64,000 nucleotides of DNA from a candidate division Zixibacteria bacterium SM23_73_3 (GCA_001304155.1 LJUX01000001.1:324-64323), one strand, 5' to 3'. Counted from the stretch's first letter, positions 39,358-49,683 are shown. Notes: generated from the sequence alone by a model not told the origin. Program-made: numbers and translations.

Positions 39358-39987
39358 ATGATCTCCAATCTTTCCGATGAATACTTAACCATTAAAAGTT
39401 TAGTTCGCTTAAAGACCAAAGTTGAGGGCTCCATCTTCATCGCCACTGCCATCCCTGTAAACTCAGAAGAAGATGTCAAAGATTGGATTCTGAAAATCTC
39501 TAAAGAATTCTTTGATGCCACCCACAATTGTTTCGTCTGGCGGATCAAAAAAGCTCAGGGCGAAAGTTTGAAATTCAGTGATGCGGGAGAACCGAGGGGG
39601 ACTGCAGGAAAGCCCATATCATCTGCCATCCAATCAGAAGATCTTTATAATGTTGTGGTGGTAGTGTCTCGCTATTTCGGGGGAGTGAAACTGGGAACCG
39701 GCCGGCTTTCGCGTGCCTATCGGCAGGCCGCACAAGGAGCACTTCAAAAAGCTGAGAAGGTCAGAGACTGGGTCACCTCTGAAATTACACTTTCCTATCC
39801 TCTGAGCATGAGTGGCAAAGTAAGCCAGATCTTTAGCCAATACGACATCCGGGTCAAAGATCGAGGTTTTGAAAAAGATGCCACTGCAAGAGTTATGGTT
39901 AGAAGTAGTTTAGTAGAAAAGGTAAAAAACGTCCTTCTGGAAGCAACCAATGGTCAAGTCAAATTCAACGGAAAAGATAAAGTATGA
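39358..39987 (+). CDS. yigZ: IMPACT/YigZ family protein (UPF0029)
   Basis: SIFIATAIPV...FVWRI...DAGEPRGTAGKPI...YFGGVKLGTGRLSRAY signature. Confidence 0.75.
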   Translation: MISNLSDEYLTIKSLVRLKTKVEGSIFIATAIPVNSEEDVKDWILKISKEFFDATHNCFVWRIKKAQGESLKFSDAGEPRGTAGKPISSAIQSEDLYNVVVVVSRYFGGVKLGTGRLSRAYRQAAQGALQKAEKVRDWVTSEITLSYPLSMSGKVSQIFSQYDIRVKDRGFEKDATARVMVRSSLVEKVKNVLLEATNGQVKFNGKDKV

Positions 39988-40888
39988 TTGCGTTGGTCTG
40001 GGTGTGAATGCGGTGGACTATCTATGTGTCCTGGATCCATACCCCCATCTGGATGATAAGGTGGATGTGATCGGATCCTCGGTTCAAGGAGGTGGTCCCG
40101 TCCCCACTGCCATGTCGACTTTGGCAAAGCTGGGGGCAAGGGTGAGCTACATCGGCAAAATCGGAGCTGATCCAGAAGGAGAGTTCGTCAAATCTCAGTT
40201 GGAAAAAGAGAGGGTGGATACTCAATATCTTTTGATAGATGAAAAAATAAAAACCGCCAGAGCGTTTATCTGGGTGGATAAGAGATCGGGGAAAAGGACG
40301 GTGGCATTGGATCGAGACAAAAAGAACTACATCAAAAAAGATGAGCTTAAATTTCTTGCCTCAATCTCCACCAGATTTTTGCACATGGATGCACGTGAGC
40401 CAGATATAAACATTTTAGCGGCTCGGTGGGCGAAAAAACAGAATGCCCAAGTTTGCCTGGATGTGGGAAGTTTAAGAGGCGGAGTGGAGAAAGTCTTTCC
40501 CTTTGTGGATCATCTGATCGTATCCAAAAGATTCGCCTGCGGCTTTGTCAAAACGTCTGATCCTTTTGTGGCGTGTCAGGAATTCATGAAGAAAGGATTC
40601 AAAACTGTGGTGGTCACTATAGGCGAAGCCGGGTGTGTCTATAAATCAGAAAATGAGATTTTTCATTCCCCGGGGTTCTGTGTGAAAGTGGTTGACACGA
40701 CTGGGGCAGGGGATGTATTTCATGGTGCCTTTATCTATGGGCTTTTAAAAAAGTGGTCTCTGAAAAGAATTGCCAGATTTGCCAATGCCTGTGCCGCCAT
40801 GAAATGCAGAAAATTGGGAGGCAGAGCAGGAATCCCCACTTTGAGAGAAGTTGAAAGCTTTATGAAGAACCTTGAGCAACAACGTTAA
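39950..40888 (+). CDS. PfkB family carbohydrate kinase (ribokinase-like)
   Basis: GLGVNAVDY and DTTGAGDVFHGAFIYGL motifs. Confidence 0.8.
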   Translation: MVKSNSTEKIKYDCVGLGVNAVDYLCVLDPYPHLDDKVDVIGSSVQGGGPVPTAMSTLAKLGARVSYIGKIGADPEGEFVKSQLEKERVDTQYLLIDEKIKTARAFIWVDKRSGKRTVALDRDKKNYIKKDELKFLASISTRFLHMDAREPDINILAARWAKKQNAQVCLDVGSLRGGVEKVFPFVDHLIVSKRFACGFVKTSDPFVACQEFMKKGFKTVVVTIGEAGCVYKSENEIFHSPGFCVKVVDTTGAGDVFHGAFIYGLLKKWSLKRIARFANACAAMKCRKLGGRAGIPTLREVESFMKNLEQQR

Positions 40889-40938
40889 TTCAATGTAAAA
40901 TCCAAACTAATATTCTCCAAATGTAACTTCAATCCATT

Positions 40939-41550
40939 ATGTTTTATTCCCTTGTAGAAAAAGCTGTTCAGATTGACACTAACCTTTTCTTTCTTCTCAA
41001 TTACAAAGCGCAAAACTGTGTTTTGGATTTTCTCATGCCCACCCTAACCAACCTCGATTATTGGCGCATTCCTTTGATTCTTTTAGCGATTTTTCTTCTT
41101 GTGTTTGGAGAAAAGAGGGGGAGGATAGCTGTATTACTTTTGGTCTTGGGAATCACTTTGAGTGATCAAGTCTGCAATACTATTTTAAAACCGCTGGTGG
41201 GAAGGGTAAGACCTTGCAATGTGCTGGAAAATGTCCACCTGCTGGTCAATTGTACCAGAGCCTTCTCCTTTCCTTCCTCTCACGCAACTAACATCTTCAC
41301 TGGAATGATCCTTTTCTCTTTCGTTTATCGCAAGCTGAGAATCGCTTTGCTCACCATCGCAGTGCTGGTGGCATATTCTCGTGTATATGTGGGGGCCCAC
41401 TATCCTTTTGATGTAGTGGCAGGGACAGCTCTGGGCATTCTATGTGCTCTGATAATCATAGTTCTTTTTAAATTACTCTCAAGAAAATTCCCGGGGTTTG
41501 ATTATGCAAAAAGAATCACAAAAGATCAAAATCAGCGTGATTCAGGGTGA
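40939..41550 (+). CDS. PAP2 family phosphatase (undecaprenyl-diphosphatase-like membrane phosphatase)
   Basis: KPLVGRVRP, PSSHAT and SRVYVGAHYPFDVV PAP2 motifs. Confidence 0.8.
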   Translation: MFYSLVEKAVQIDTNLFFLLNYKAQNCVLDFLMPTLTNLDYWRIPLILLAIFLLVFGEKRGRIAVLLLVLGITLSDQVCNTILKPLVGRVRPCNVLENVHLLVNCTRAFSFPSSHATNIFTGMILFSFVYRKLRIALLTIAVLVAYSRVYVGAHYPFDVVAGTALGILCALIIIVLFKLLSRKFPGFDYAKRITKDQNQRDSG

Positions 41551-42016
41551 TATAACAGAGCAAGAGACTGATGCCATCGTGAATGCAGCTAACAATCATC
41601 TGTGGATGGGAGTTGGGGTGGCAGGGGCTATCAAAAGAAAAGGTGGCATCGAGATTGAAGAAGAAGCGATGAGCAAAGGTCCCATCCCGGTGGGCGAGGC
41701 AGTGGTAACAAAGGCAGGTAAACTAAAAGCGAAATATGTAATTCATGCCGCAGTCATGGGGCAGGATTTAGTTCCCAATAAAGAATATATCAGAAATGCC
41801 ACTCTCAGCAGTTTGAAAAGAGCTGAGGAGCTAAAGATTAAATCTATTGCTTTTCCGGCTTTTGGCACCGGGGTAGGAGGATTCCCCGTTGATGAGTGTG
41901 CCCGGATAATGCTTGATGAAGTCAAGGATTTCTCAAAAAAAGCAACATATTTGGAAGAAGTACGTTTTGTTCTGTTTGACAAAAAAAGCTATGATACCTG
42001 GAGTGGCCGGCTTTAG
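41498..42016 (+). CDS. Macro domain protein (O-acetyl-ADP-ribose deacetylase-like)
   Basis: IQGDIT...DAIVNAANNHLWMGVGVAGAI macro signature. Overlaps the PAP2 3' end in another frame. Confidence 0.8.
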   Translation: MIMQKESQKIKISVIQGDITEQETDAIVNAANNHLWMGVGVAGAIKRKGGIEIEEEAMSKGPIPVGEAVVTKAGKLKAKYVIHAAVMGQDLVPNKEYIRNATLSSLKRAEELKIKSIAFPAFGTGVGGFPVDECARIMLDEVKDFSKKATYLEEVRFVLFDKKSYDTWSGRL

Positions 42017-42035
42017 CCGGACCAGAAGTATTCTT

Positions 42036-42129
42036 GGAGTGTGAAAGCTTGCTTTCGCGATTCTATTCGGTATAGCGAAAAACGCACCAGCCCCTCAGAA
42101 TCGGGGTCTCCAACAAACTGGTGCACTCC
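42036..42129. repeat. MITE-like dispersed element, family 1 (terminal inverted repeats GGAGTGY...GCACTCC, internal cagcccctcagaatcggggtctcc)
   Basis: Termini and internal blocks are shared with the copies at 43960-44084 and 47102-47177. Confidence 0.65.
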
Positions 42130-42323
42130 CAAAAACTTTTAAAGCCACTCCAGTCCATAGGGTCAGGGTTTATCCTTGTCCTAACATTAAGCCCAATCCG
42201 AAGGACTGAATGCCCTGCTCTATGTAGGGCAAATCGATAACAATCGAATAACTATCCACCCACATAGGGGTGGGAATTCATCCCACCCCGAATTGAAGCT
42301 TTTTCAACCATCCCTGGGACTTA

Positions 42324-43718
42324 TTACATCGGATCCCACGGCGGAAGCACGATCGGCTCGGTTTTTAGAATGTCTAACACCCGTTTGGGCAAATGCTTTT
42401 TGTTTATTATTACCTTGTAGACGTATTCATCAAACCACTCATCATACATGGTCCAGTATCCCTTGTCTCCTCTTTTATCGCCCCAGCTATTTTCCACCAG
42501 CCACTTTGTCGGTCTCGCATTCAGCGTATCCACCCCCATGAATACCATGGCGTGGGTGGAGCGGCTTTCCCGATAGCGAAACTTATCCGCTTTGCTCATT
42601 GAGAAGTCCATCCCGTAGAAAGTTTCATAGTCGTAGATGTCGGGAGCCATGATACCGAATTCAGAGTTTTGTTCTTTGCCTACGTCGCATGCGAAATAGA
42701 CCGGCTGGTTATCCAAAAGCTGCTTTAAGGCAAACTCTCTCATCTGCTCGGTATCTAAGTTAATGAAAACGTTGTCCGGACGATCATAGATGTTTCGGGC
42801 CAAGCGCATCTGATACAGTTTTCCATATGGGTGTAGCGTGTGGTTGTAGATGGGGACGTAGTCTCGAAGGTCAACGTCCACCACTTCCTTGAAGAAGCTC
42901 TGGGGGGTGTATGTTTTAATCTCACTGACTACCGTATCTATGCTTTCATAACGCCACCGGAATTCTTGGGGGGGCACTCCAAAGTTTAGTGCCAACATGC
43001 GATATATATCTTTAAGCATTTCCACTTTGCGTTCTCTCAGCTGGTCAACCGTTGCTCCATCCTGGCTCATCTCCCTTAAAATCGCTGCATCCTGACGAAG
43101 GTTCCGGCTGATTAGCCGACCCATCATTCCTGTACTGCTGGTTTGTTCGCTCTCCGGCATCGCGCTTTTGGGCACCACTCCATACTTCTCTATCAGCTCC
43201 ACCACATAAATCCACAGACCACCATCAGGAAAGGGACTCTCCAGTATCATTTGAAGCTCTCTGTCCAGAGGATCACGATCCTTAGTCTCGATGATCAACT
43301 CCAAAAAGGTATTGGCTTTTTCAAACTTGTCCCAGAAGAAAAGATAGCTTTGGGAGAACTCGAACTCCTTTAATTGGTATTTTTCGATAATCTTAGGACG
43401 CATGATATTCAGTCCGGCAAACAACCAGCATCGACCACTGCTTTTCTGATTGGTGATCCCCTTGGTTTTTATCTTATGATTGAACAGGTTGTCGTGAGCC
43501 ACATACATCTGGCGGTTTAGTGCCAGTTTCTTGATGTCATTGTTGGTTAAAGCATTCATCAAAGCGCGGGTTGAAGTGTCCAACTTAAAGGATTGGCGGG
43601 CCTTTTGGATAACATCCGACGTAATGCCTCCTTCCTTACTTGTCTTCGCCCGGATAGAAACTGAATTTGCCATAAAAAGAATCAGCAATAAGATGCAGCA
43701 CTTTGTAAACTGTCTCAT
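42324..43718 (-). CDS. pepC: Aminopeptidase C / bleomycin hydrolase (peptidase C1B) with a signal peptide
   Basis: QKSSGRCWLFAGLN active-site Cys context, C1B length, hydrophobic N-terminal leader. Confidence 0.8.
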   Translation of the reverse strand: MRQFTKCCILLLILFMANSVSIRAKTSKEGGITSDVIQKARQSFKLDTSTRALMNALTNNDIKKLALNRQMYVAHDNLFNHKIKTKGITNQKSSGRCWLFAGLNIMRPKIIEKYQLKEFEFSQSYLFFWDKFEKANTFLELIIETKDRDPLDRELQMILESPFPDGGLWIYVVELIEKYGVVPKSAMPESEQTSSTGMMGRLISRNLRQDAAILREMSQDGATVDQLRERKVEMLKDIYRMLALNFGVPPQEFRWRYESIDTVVSEIKTYTPQSFFKEVVDVDLRDYVPIYNHTLHPYGKLYQMRLARNIYDRPDNVFINLDTEQMREFALKQLLDNQPVYFACDVGKEQNSEFGIMAPDIYDYETFYGMDFSMSKADKFRYRESRSTHAMVFMGVDTLNARPTKWLVENSWGDKRGDKGYWTMYDEWFDEYVYKVIINKKHLPKRVLDILKTEPIVLPPWDPM

Positions 43719-43959
43719 GACTCTACTCCTTTGTTTGAGGCGTTTGACTGTTTGCGCTTGGTTAATTATTCATGTCAGTACTTGCCATTTTTTTTAATAC
43801 CAAATAATTCTCGCCTGTGAACCTTTGTGTATGGCGTTTGGATATTACCCAAGCATTTTCGTGCTGGTAAAATACTACATTCCCATTTTGAATGCAATAG
43901 GAAGAGTCCCTCGTTTTTCGAAGGAACTTAATGGTGTAAAAGAAACGGGTAGTGCTTTT

Positions 43960-44084
43960 GGAGTGCGAAAGCTTGTCCGAAGGATTCCCCGCCTATGGCG
44001 GGGGGCTTTCGCAACTTATTGAAACTATGATGAAAACCGCATCAGCCCCGCAGAGTCGGGGTCTCCGACAAGCTGATGTACTCC
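43960..44084. repeat. MITE-like dispersed element, family 1 (copy containing ccccgcctatggcgggggg)
   Basis: ggagtgcgaaagcttg...cagccccgcagagtcggggtctccgacaagctgatgtactcc. Confidence 0.65.
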
Positions 44085-44130
44085 AATCCTTCGGTATGTT
44101 CAAAAGGGTCACATGCCAGGACTCTTGGGT

Positions 44131-46146
44131 TTATTGAGCCGGCATTCTTTGTTTTGCCATCATTTCAATACTGAGCTGAAGATAGGAGCGTTCTGTGGTC
44201 TGAAGCTTTCTTACCACATCATACAGTTCTGAAGACAGGTCATGCTTCTGAAAAGGATCCTGGTGTATGTCGTAAAGTGAGTAGTTTACCCCTATACGTT
44301 CGATGAGAAAGTAAGGTCCTTCCATCCAGCCAATCAGATTACCATCCAGCATCATGGCAAACCCATTATCCTCTGGAGGAAGGGAAAGGATGTCCCGTCC
44401 CCAGGATTGATGAAAAACAGGTTCTCCTAAAATGCCGAGGATGGTGGGAACCAGATCGGTCTGGCTTGCCACGGTGGAAATCCTTCTGGGTGATGAGCCC
44501 AAGAGTTCCGGTGCATAGATCAGACAGGCGATGTGGAATCTATCCCAGGGCAGGTCACTTTGACTCTCCATAAACTTCCCATGATCTCCCACCAGAACGA
44601 ATACGGTGTTTTTAAAATAGGATTGCTTTTCCGCCTGATGAAAAAACTCGCCCAAAGCCCAATCGGAATAATAAAAAGTGTTGAGATACCCGGAGTGAGG
44701 GACATCTTCGGGAAAGATTTTGAAATCTGAGGAGGGCAAAAGAAAGGGCTCATGATTGCTCAAGGTGACGATAACACCCAAAAATGGCTTGTGGTCGAAT
44801 TTGTCAAACTCCTGGTTTGCTCTCTTAAAGACTATATGATCGGGAACGCCCCATTTGCCCAATCCTGTCTCAGAGGGGAAGTCCTTTTCACCGATGAACT
44901 TTTCAATTCCCTGACTTCTCAAAAAACCCTCCATGTTGTCAAACTGCAGGTCGCCACCATAGATCAGGATGGATTGGTAGCCTCGTTTTTTCAAGATGTC
45001 GGCGATGGAAATAAAAGGATGATTGGCGGAAAACTGCTTCATAATGGAACGTCCGGGTTGTGAGGGAAAAGAGCAGAGGATTGAGACCATTCCCCGGTTG
45101 GTGCGGGTGCCGGTGGCAAAGAAGCGATCAAATAAGATACCTTTCTGGGCCAGGCTATCAAAATTCGGGGTCACGTCCGGCTTTCCTCCCAACGCTCCCA
45201 CATAACGTGCCAGCCAGCTTTCTAATAAAATTATCACCACGTTGTAATCTCTGGTTTCTTTTGATTCAGATTTAGGGTAGGACCAGCGAGCCAGGGAATG
45301 AAGAGAATCAGAAAGCTTATCCGTCGGATGTGTCAATAGTTCTTGAACAGAGGATAAAGCTTCTGGAGAGGGGAAAAAATGAAATCTTTCCAAAGACTCA
45401 CCTCTTTTTTGACGGAAGTTCTCCCAGTAAGATTTTCCAAGGGTGTAGGTCCCATTCAGTGCCAGCTGGTTGGCAAAACCATGGGGACTGAAATATGCCA
45501 GACCCCAGTCAATAGGGGCAAGCTGCCACCGTCCGCGCGCCCCTAAGAAGAGAAGTGCCAAAATCAATATGAAGTATGTGAAACGAAGTACGATTTTTTC
45601 TTTTCGTTTTTGACCGAATATCCTTCCGCTCATTTTTATTACCAGGAACGCGAAAACAAAAGTGAGAATTCCCCACAGCAGAAGGTAAAAAGTGACAGGG
45701 AACCCAGACCACATGGAATACCATACCATGCCTAACTGATCTGAATATTCCAGCGCCCAGTGACTTAAACGGGTGCCGAATTCACCATAATATTCGATGT
45801 CCACCAGACTTAGAAAGAAGATAGGGCACAAACATACCAAAAGTACCGTTTCAATTATTATGCGGCTTGGTTTGAGACGATCTATGCTGATTAGAGGTAG
45901 ATGGCTCAAGATGAAAAGCGGAATAAGAATATAACTAAGCACCACCATGTCGAATCGCACCCCGATAAAAAAAGAATGCAGGAGCGTGAATAAAGGTATA
46001 CCAGTGGCGAGATTTAAATGTTTCAGCAGAAATCCCAAGCGAAACAGAGTCAGAAAAATGGTGGTTATGACAAAAACAGCCGCAAAGAATAAAACAGTCC
46101 GGGGAGGGGAGATGGAATTTAGAATGGTGCGAAATCGTTTATTCAT
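44131..46146 (-). CDS. LTA synthase / sulfatase-family membrane protein (phosphoglycerol-transferase-like, alkaline phosphatase superfamily)
   Basis: About five N-terminal TM helices, then an extracytoplasmic sulfatase domain (VVIILLESW, GTRTNRGM, VLVGDHG). Confidence 0.7.
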   Translation of the reverse strand: MNKRFRTILNSISPPRTVLFFAAVFVITTIFLTLFRLGFLLKHLNLATGIPLFTLLHSFFIGVRFDMVVLSYILIPLFILSHLPLISIDRLKPSRIIIETVLLVCLCPIFFLSLVDIEYYGEFGTRLSHWALEYSDQLGMVWYSMWSGFPVTFYLLLWGILTFVFAFLVIKMSGRIFGQKRKEKIVLRFTYFILILALLFLGARGRWQLAPIDWGLAYFSPHGFANQLALNGTYTLGKSYWENFRQKRGESLERFHFFPSPEALSSVQELLTHPTDKLSDSLHSLARWSYPKSESKETRDYNVVIILLESWLARYVGALGGKPDVTPNFDSLAQKGILFDRFFATGTRTNRGMVSILCSFPSQPGRSIMKQFSANHPFISIADILKKRGYQSILIYGGDLQFDNMEGFLRSQGIEKFIGEKDFPSETGLGKWGVPDHIVFKRANQEFDKFDHKPFLGVIVTLSNHEPFLLPSSDFKIFPEDVPHSGYLNTFYYSDWALGEFFHQAEKQSYFKNTVFVLVGDHGKFMESQSDLPWDRFHIACLIYAPELLGSSPRRISTVASQTDLVPTILGILGEPVFHQSWGRDILSLPPEDNGFAMMLDGNLIGWMEGPYFLIERIGVNYSLYDIHQDPFQKHDLSSELYDVVRKLQTTERSYLQLSIEMMAKQRMPAQ

Positions 46147-46213
46147 GGGTCACTTCTTAAATGGGAAGGATTAATTGCGAATACATAAAGCTGTCAATCG
46201 AAAGCAAATTAGG

Positions 46214-46324
46214 TTCGAGGCATCTACATCTTTTTCTCAAGCTTTTTAATTTTTCTATCCAGCCTCAGAAGATAGAAAAACAGGCCAATCCAAATAACCA
46301 ATGTGACGATCATGGTTACATAAT
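46214..46324 (-). CDS. ccmD: Heme exporter protein D-like small membrane protein (36 aa; not in the ORF track)
   Basis: A single TM helix then RLDRKIKKLEKKM, immediately downstream of ccmC; translated by hand from the reverse complement. Confidence 0.5.
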
Positions 46325-46336
46325 TTGATGACATCT

Positions 46337-47032
46337 TTACTCCTCCGTTAGCTTATTTGACATTTTGTTTATCTCAAACTCCAGCTTAAATATCCAGATA
46401 AAGAGGAGAGTAAATCCGAGGAGAGATGCGATAAATGTGATCAAAATCGGTGGGGGCATCTGCAGGTGAAGCTTCACATTTATCACCGAATCTGTGGGGT
46501 GAAGTGACTGATAGATCCGGGGAACCACAAACACCAGAAAGGGGACGGTGATAAAAGCCAAGATGGCATAGACTGAGGAGAGTGCCGCCCTTCTTTCCTC
46601 GGACTCCACGGCTGATCTTAAGGCAAAATAGGCTCCATAGATTAAAAGCAGGATGAAAATGGAGGTCTCCCGGGGATCCCAGTTCCAGAAGGTGCCCCAG
46701 GTCGATTTTGCAAATATTGAGCCGGAAATGGTGGCTAAGATCACAAACAAAAGGCCTAATCGTGACGCAATAGATGCTTTGGCATCGTAGATTAGATCTT
46801 TTTTCCTCAAATAAAGAAGGCTGAAAACAAAAGAGATCAAAAAAGCCAAAACTGCTATCCAGGCCACGGGAACATGAAAGAAGAAAATCCTTGATATCTC
46901 ACCCAATTGTGACTGTGGCGCAGGCAAAAGAAAAACAGCAACCATCACCCCACATATCCAGATCAGTAAAAGTATCTTCCACCACATACGGTCAATGCCC
47001 TTTGCAATTATTAATTTACGCCTTGATATCAT
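46337..47032 (-). CDS. ccmC: Heme exporter protein C
   Basis: Trp-rich WWD motif GTFWNWDPRET, six TM helices. Confidence 0.8.
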   Translation of the reverse strand: MISRRKLIIAKGIDRMWWKILLLIWICGVMVAVFLLPAPQSQLGEISRIFFFHVPVAWIAVLAFLISFVFSLLYLRKKDLIYDAKASIASRLGLLFVILATISGSIFAKSTWGTFWNWDPRETSIFILLLIYGAYFALRSAVESEERRAALSSVYAILAFITVPFLVFVVPRIYQSLHPTDSVINVKLHLQMPPPILITFIASLLGFTLLFIWIFKLEFEINKMSNKLTEE

Positions 47033-47101
47033 TTTTGGAGTGTCTGCCTTCAGGCAGACCTGGTCAAGATAGAGGGATTGTTGAAAGATCAGTTTTGTTT
47101 T

Positions 47102-47177
47102 GGAGTGCAGAAGCTTGCTTCTGCGGTCTTAAAGCTTAAAATCAACCTCGCACCCCGCCAAAGGCGGGATGCACTCC
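47102..47177. repeat. MITE-like dispersed element, family 1 (shortest copy, containing ccccgccaaaggcggg), between ccmB and ccmC
   Basis: ggagtgcagaagcttgcttctgcgg...gatgcactcc. Confidence 0.6.
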
Positions 47178-47289
47178 GGTTTAAGTTTTTCAACACCCCG
47201 TAAAGCTTGACATCCAAAGTTTATTGATCAAGCTAAAGCTTGGTACTCCAGTGCATAATATTTTGTTACCGTTATTTTGAATTCATCCT

Positions 47290-47973
47290 TCATTCGCTCC
47301 ACACAAAATCGAATAAGAGAATCGATGCTGTAAACATCACCACCAAATAGGAGATAAGCAATCTTAAATCGCTCCAGCCTGCGGAAAAAGTTTCTCCTTC
47401 TATGGATAATCTGGTCCCGTCTATGGCAGTTATCAACAAAGGCAAAAGTATGGGAAAGGACAACACTGCAAAAAGTGCTCCCTTGACATGTGCCTTGGAG
47501 ATGATGGCGGCTATGATGGTGGTGGCGCAGACCAATCCCAGACTGCCCAGAACAAGCACCGATAAAAAAAGCCATAAATTTAAAATGGATAGGTTCATTA
47601 AGATTATGAACAAAGGAACGACTACAATCTCTAAAAGTAGAAGCAGGACTAAATTGAATAGGAGTTTCCCCAAAAGCACCGTGCTGGGATTGGCGACCAG
47701 CTTTAGTAAGTTAACCGTCCTGCTCTCCTCTTCCTTAACGAAAACCTGAGCCAAACCGGACATGGAAGAGAAAAATATCACCAGCCAGAAAAGGGAGGAG
47801 GTTATCCGGGGATTTAAGGAAAAGACGCCCATAGAGAAACTCACTACGGTCAAGGTGGTGAGAGCAAACATGAGGATGGCATTTAGAGCATAGCGGGTGC
47901 GGAATTCGCACTTTAAATCCTTTGCCAATAACCAGGCTGACTTAGTTGCCCAGCTGGATGGTCTGGTCGCCAT
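47290..47973 (-). CDS. ccmB: Heme exporter permease CcmB
   Basis: Six-TM ABC permease with a CcmB-like N-terminus (LAKDLKCEFR) and LAQVFVKEEESRTVNLL block. Confidence 0.75.
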   Translation of the reverse strand: MATRPSSWATKSAWLLAKDLKCEFRTRYALNAILMFALTTLTVVSFSMGVFSLNPRITSSLFWLVIFFSSMSGLAQVFVKEEESRTVNLLKLVANPSTVLLGKLLFNLVLLLLLEIVVVPLFIILMNLSILNLWLFLSVLVLGSLGLVCATTIIAAIISKAHVKGALFAVLSFPILLPLLITAIDGTRLSIEGETFSAGWSDLRLLISYLVVMFTASILLFDFVWSE

Positions 47974-48559
47974 ATTTTAAATCCGCCTTCTTGTTGGTGG
48001 CTAAAATCAATATCCCTCTTTCTCTCTGCCAAGAGACTATCTGATCCACCAGTGAAATTCCTTCCTGGTCTAAATTCGTGGTGGGTTCATCCAAAAGGAG
48101 GATCCCGGGGTCAAGCAACAATGCAAAAGCATATTTCAATCTCTGCTTCATTCCAGAGGAGAAAGAAAAAACCAAGTCGTCTTCTCTTTCGGACAGACCC
48201 ACCATGGCAATCTTTTCTTTGAGTTTATCTTTGTCAGGATCCAAACCCCGGATACGAGACAGAAACACAAGGTTTTCCAGAGCGGTCAGCTCACCGTAAA
48301 GCTCCAGATCGGGCATAACCAGGCCCAAAAGATTTCTGCCTTCATCTTGGTTGAGGGTTTTTCCATTGAAGCTGATCAGAACCTCTCCTTTGCTTGGTCG
48401 GATAAATCCGCAAAGGATCTTAAGCAGAGTGGTCTTGCCTGACCCATTCTTTCCGGTAACAACCAGCGAGCTTTTCTCCTCTAAGGAAAAATTTATCCTG
48501 TCAAAGACTTTTCTTTTGCCAAACCATTTTCCCAGGTTTTTCGCTTCCAACGAGATCAT
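47942..48559 (-). CDS. ccmA: Heme exporter ATP-binding protein CcmA
   Basis: GKNGSGKTTLLKIL Walker A, SSGMKQRL signature, LLLDEP Walker B. Confidence 0.8.
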   Translation of the reverse strand: MISLEAKNLGKWFGKRKVFDRINFSLEEKSSLVVTGKNGSGKTTLLKILCGFIRPSKGEVLISFNGKTLNQDEGRNLLGLVMPDLELYGELTALENLVFLSRIRGLDPDKDKLKEKIAMVGLSEREDDLVFSFSSGMKQRLKYAFALLLDPGILLLDEPTTNLDQEGISLVDQIVSWQRERGILILATNKKADLKYGDQTIQLGN

Positions 48560-48779
48560 CCGTTTTGAAAATCTAAAGAGTTTTTCAGTTAACTATTTTT
48601 CAAGTCAAAATATCATAAACCACATACAGAGTCAAGAGAAATGAGGGAGTGGAGCTTTGCTGTAAAGTGTTTTCAAAAACACCAAACTGGGCAGCTTGAG
48701 AAAACAAAAAGGGATTTTGGAGCGTTTGAAAATAACTTTCCAAAATCCCTGATACCTGGGCTTAAGAATTTTCTGATAA

Positions 48780-49505
48780 CTATCTTATTATGTTCAGAAG
48801 CCTATTCCACCTCACCCGAGTGGGAAAATGCAGGATGTTGTAGCCAATATTTTTTGGTACGGACAAGAGATCCTTTCTTGTGATTATGGGGGCGTTGGGA
48901 TCCGGAGACCAGGACCAGTGAATGATCATGGCTTTCCCTAATACCAATTCTCTGGGCAGAGATCCCCAGTAGCGAGAATCAGCACTGTTATCCCGATTGT
49001 CCCCCATCATAAAGAGATGACCCTTAGGCACCTTGTAAGGTCCGAAATTGTCCCGGGGATCTCTTCCTGGAGAGCGGGTTCTCTGATCAGTATATTTGGA
49101 GAATGGGAGATCGGGAAACCTTTCTCCATCCACATATAGCACCTTGTTTATGATCTGAACAGTCTGTCCTTCCACTGCCACACATCTTTTTATATAGTTC
49201 ACCTTGGGATTGCGGGGATATTTAAAGATCACAATATCACCGGGCTTGGGTTCCCTGAAGGCGGGAAGATGAACGGGCAGAAGAGGGATCTTGGCACCAT
49301 AGATGAATTTGTTGGCTAAAAGAAAATCACCTATCAGCAGGGTATCCTCCATCGATCCAGAAGGTATCTTATACGCCTCCACCACCGAACATTTGATAAT
49401 CAACGCCAGGATCAAAGCTATGCCAAAAGATTCGATATATTCCCTTAGCACAGTGAGAGCAGATTTCTTTTCCCTTTTAGCCTTCTCTTTTTTCTTCTTG
49501 AACAT
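48780..49505 (-). CDS. lepB: Signal peptidase I
   Basis: GSMEDTL (Ser box) and GDNRDNSADSRYWG motifs. Confidence 0.85.
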   Translation of the reverse strand: MFKKKKEKAKREKKSALTVLREYIESFGIALILALIIKCSVVEAYKIPSGSMEDTLLIGDFLLANKFIYGAKIPLLPVHLPAFREPKPGDIVIFKYPRNPKVNYIKRCVAVEGQTVQIINKVLYVDGERFPDLPFSKYTDQRTRSPGRDPRDNFGPYKVPKGHLFMMGDNRDNSADSRYWGSLPRELVLGKAMIIHWSWSPDPNAPIITRKDLLSVPKNIGYNILHFPTRVRWNRLLNIIR

Positions 49506-49625
49506 AGCTTTTCCTCCGCCTTTGGCTACAATGGGCTCTTTTTTCTATACGGAAAGGCACAAGATTTGTTTTGAAAATATTTCCCGACAATTACAATCAA
49601 GCGGCCCAATTGAGGCAATCTGGTA

Positions 49626-49654
49626 TTGACTTCGTTGGAGAAATGTTGTATAAT
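49626..49654 (+). promoter_or_regulatory. Near-consensus sigma-70 promoter: -35 TTGACT, 17-bp spacer, -10 TATAAT (TG immediately upstream)
   Basis: Motifs read directly, 30 nt upstream of the aminotransferase start. Confidence 0.6.
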
Positions 49655-49683
49655 CGCATGAAAGTCAAAACTGAAAGGCAACT

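Noticed and set aside
41863-41880. A TGGCAC hexamer as a second sigma-54 promoter
   Set aside because: There is no GC element at the required -12 spacing, and it lies inside the macro-domain coding sequence.
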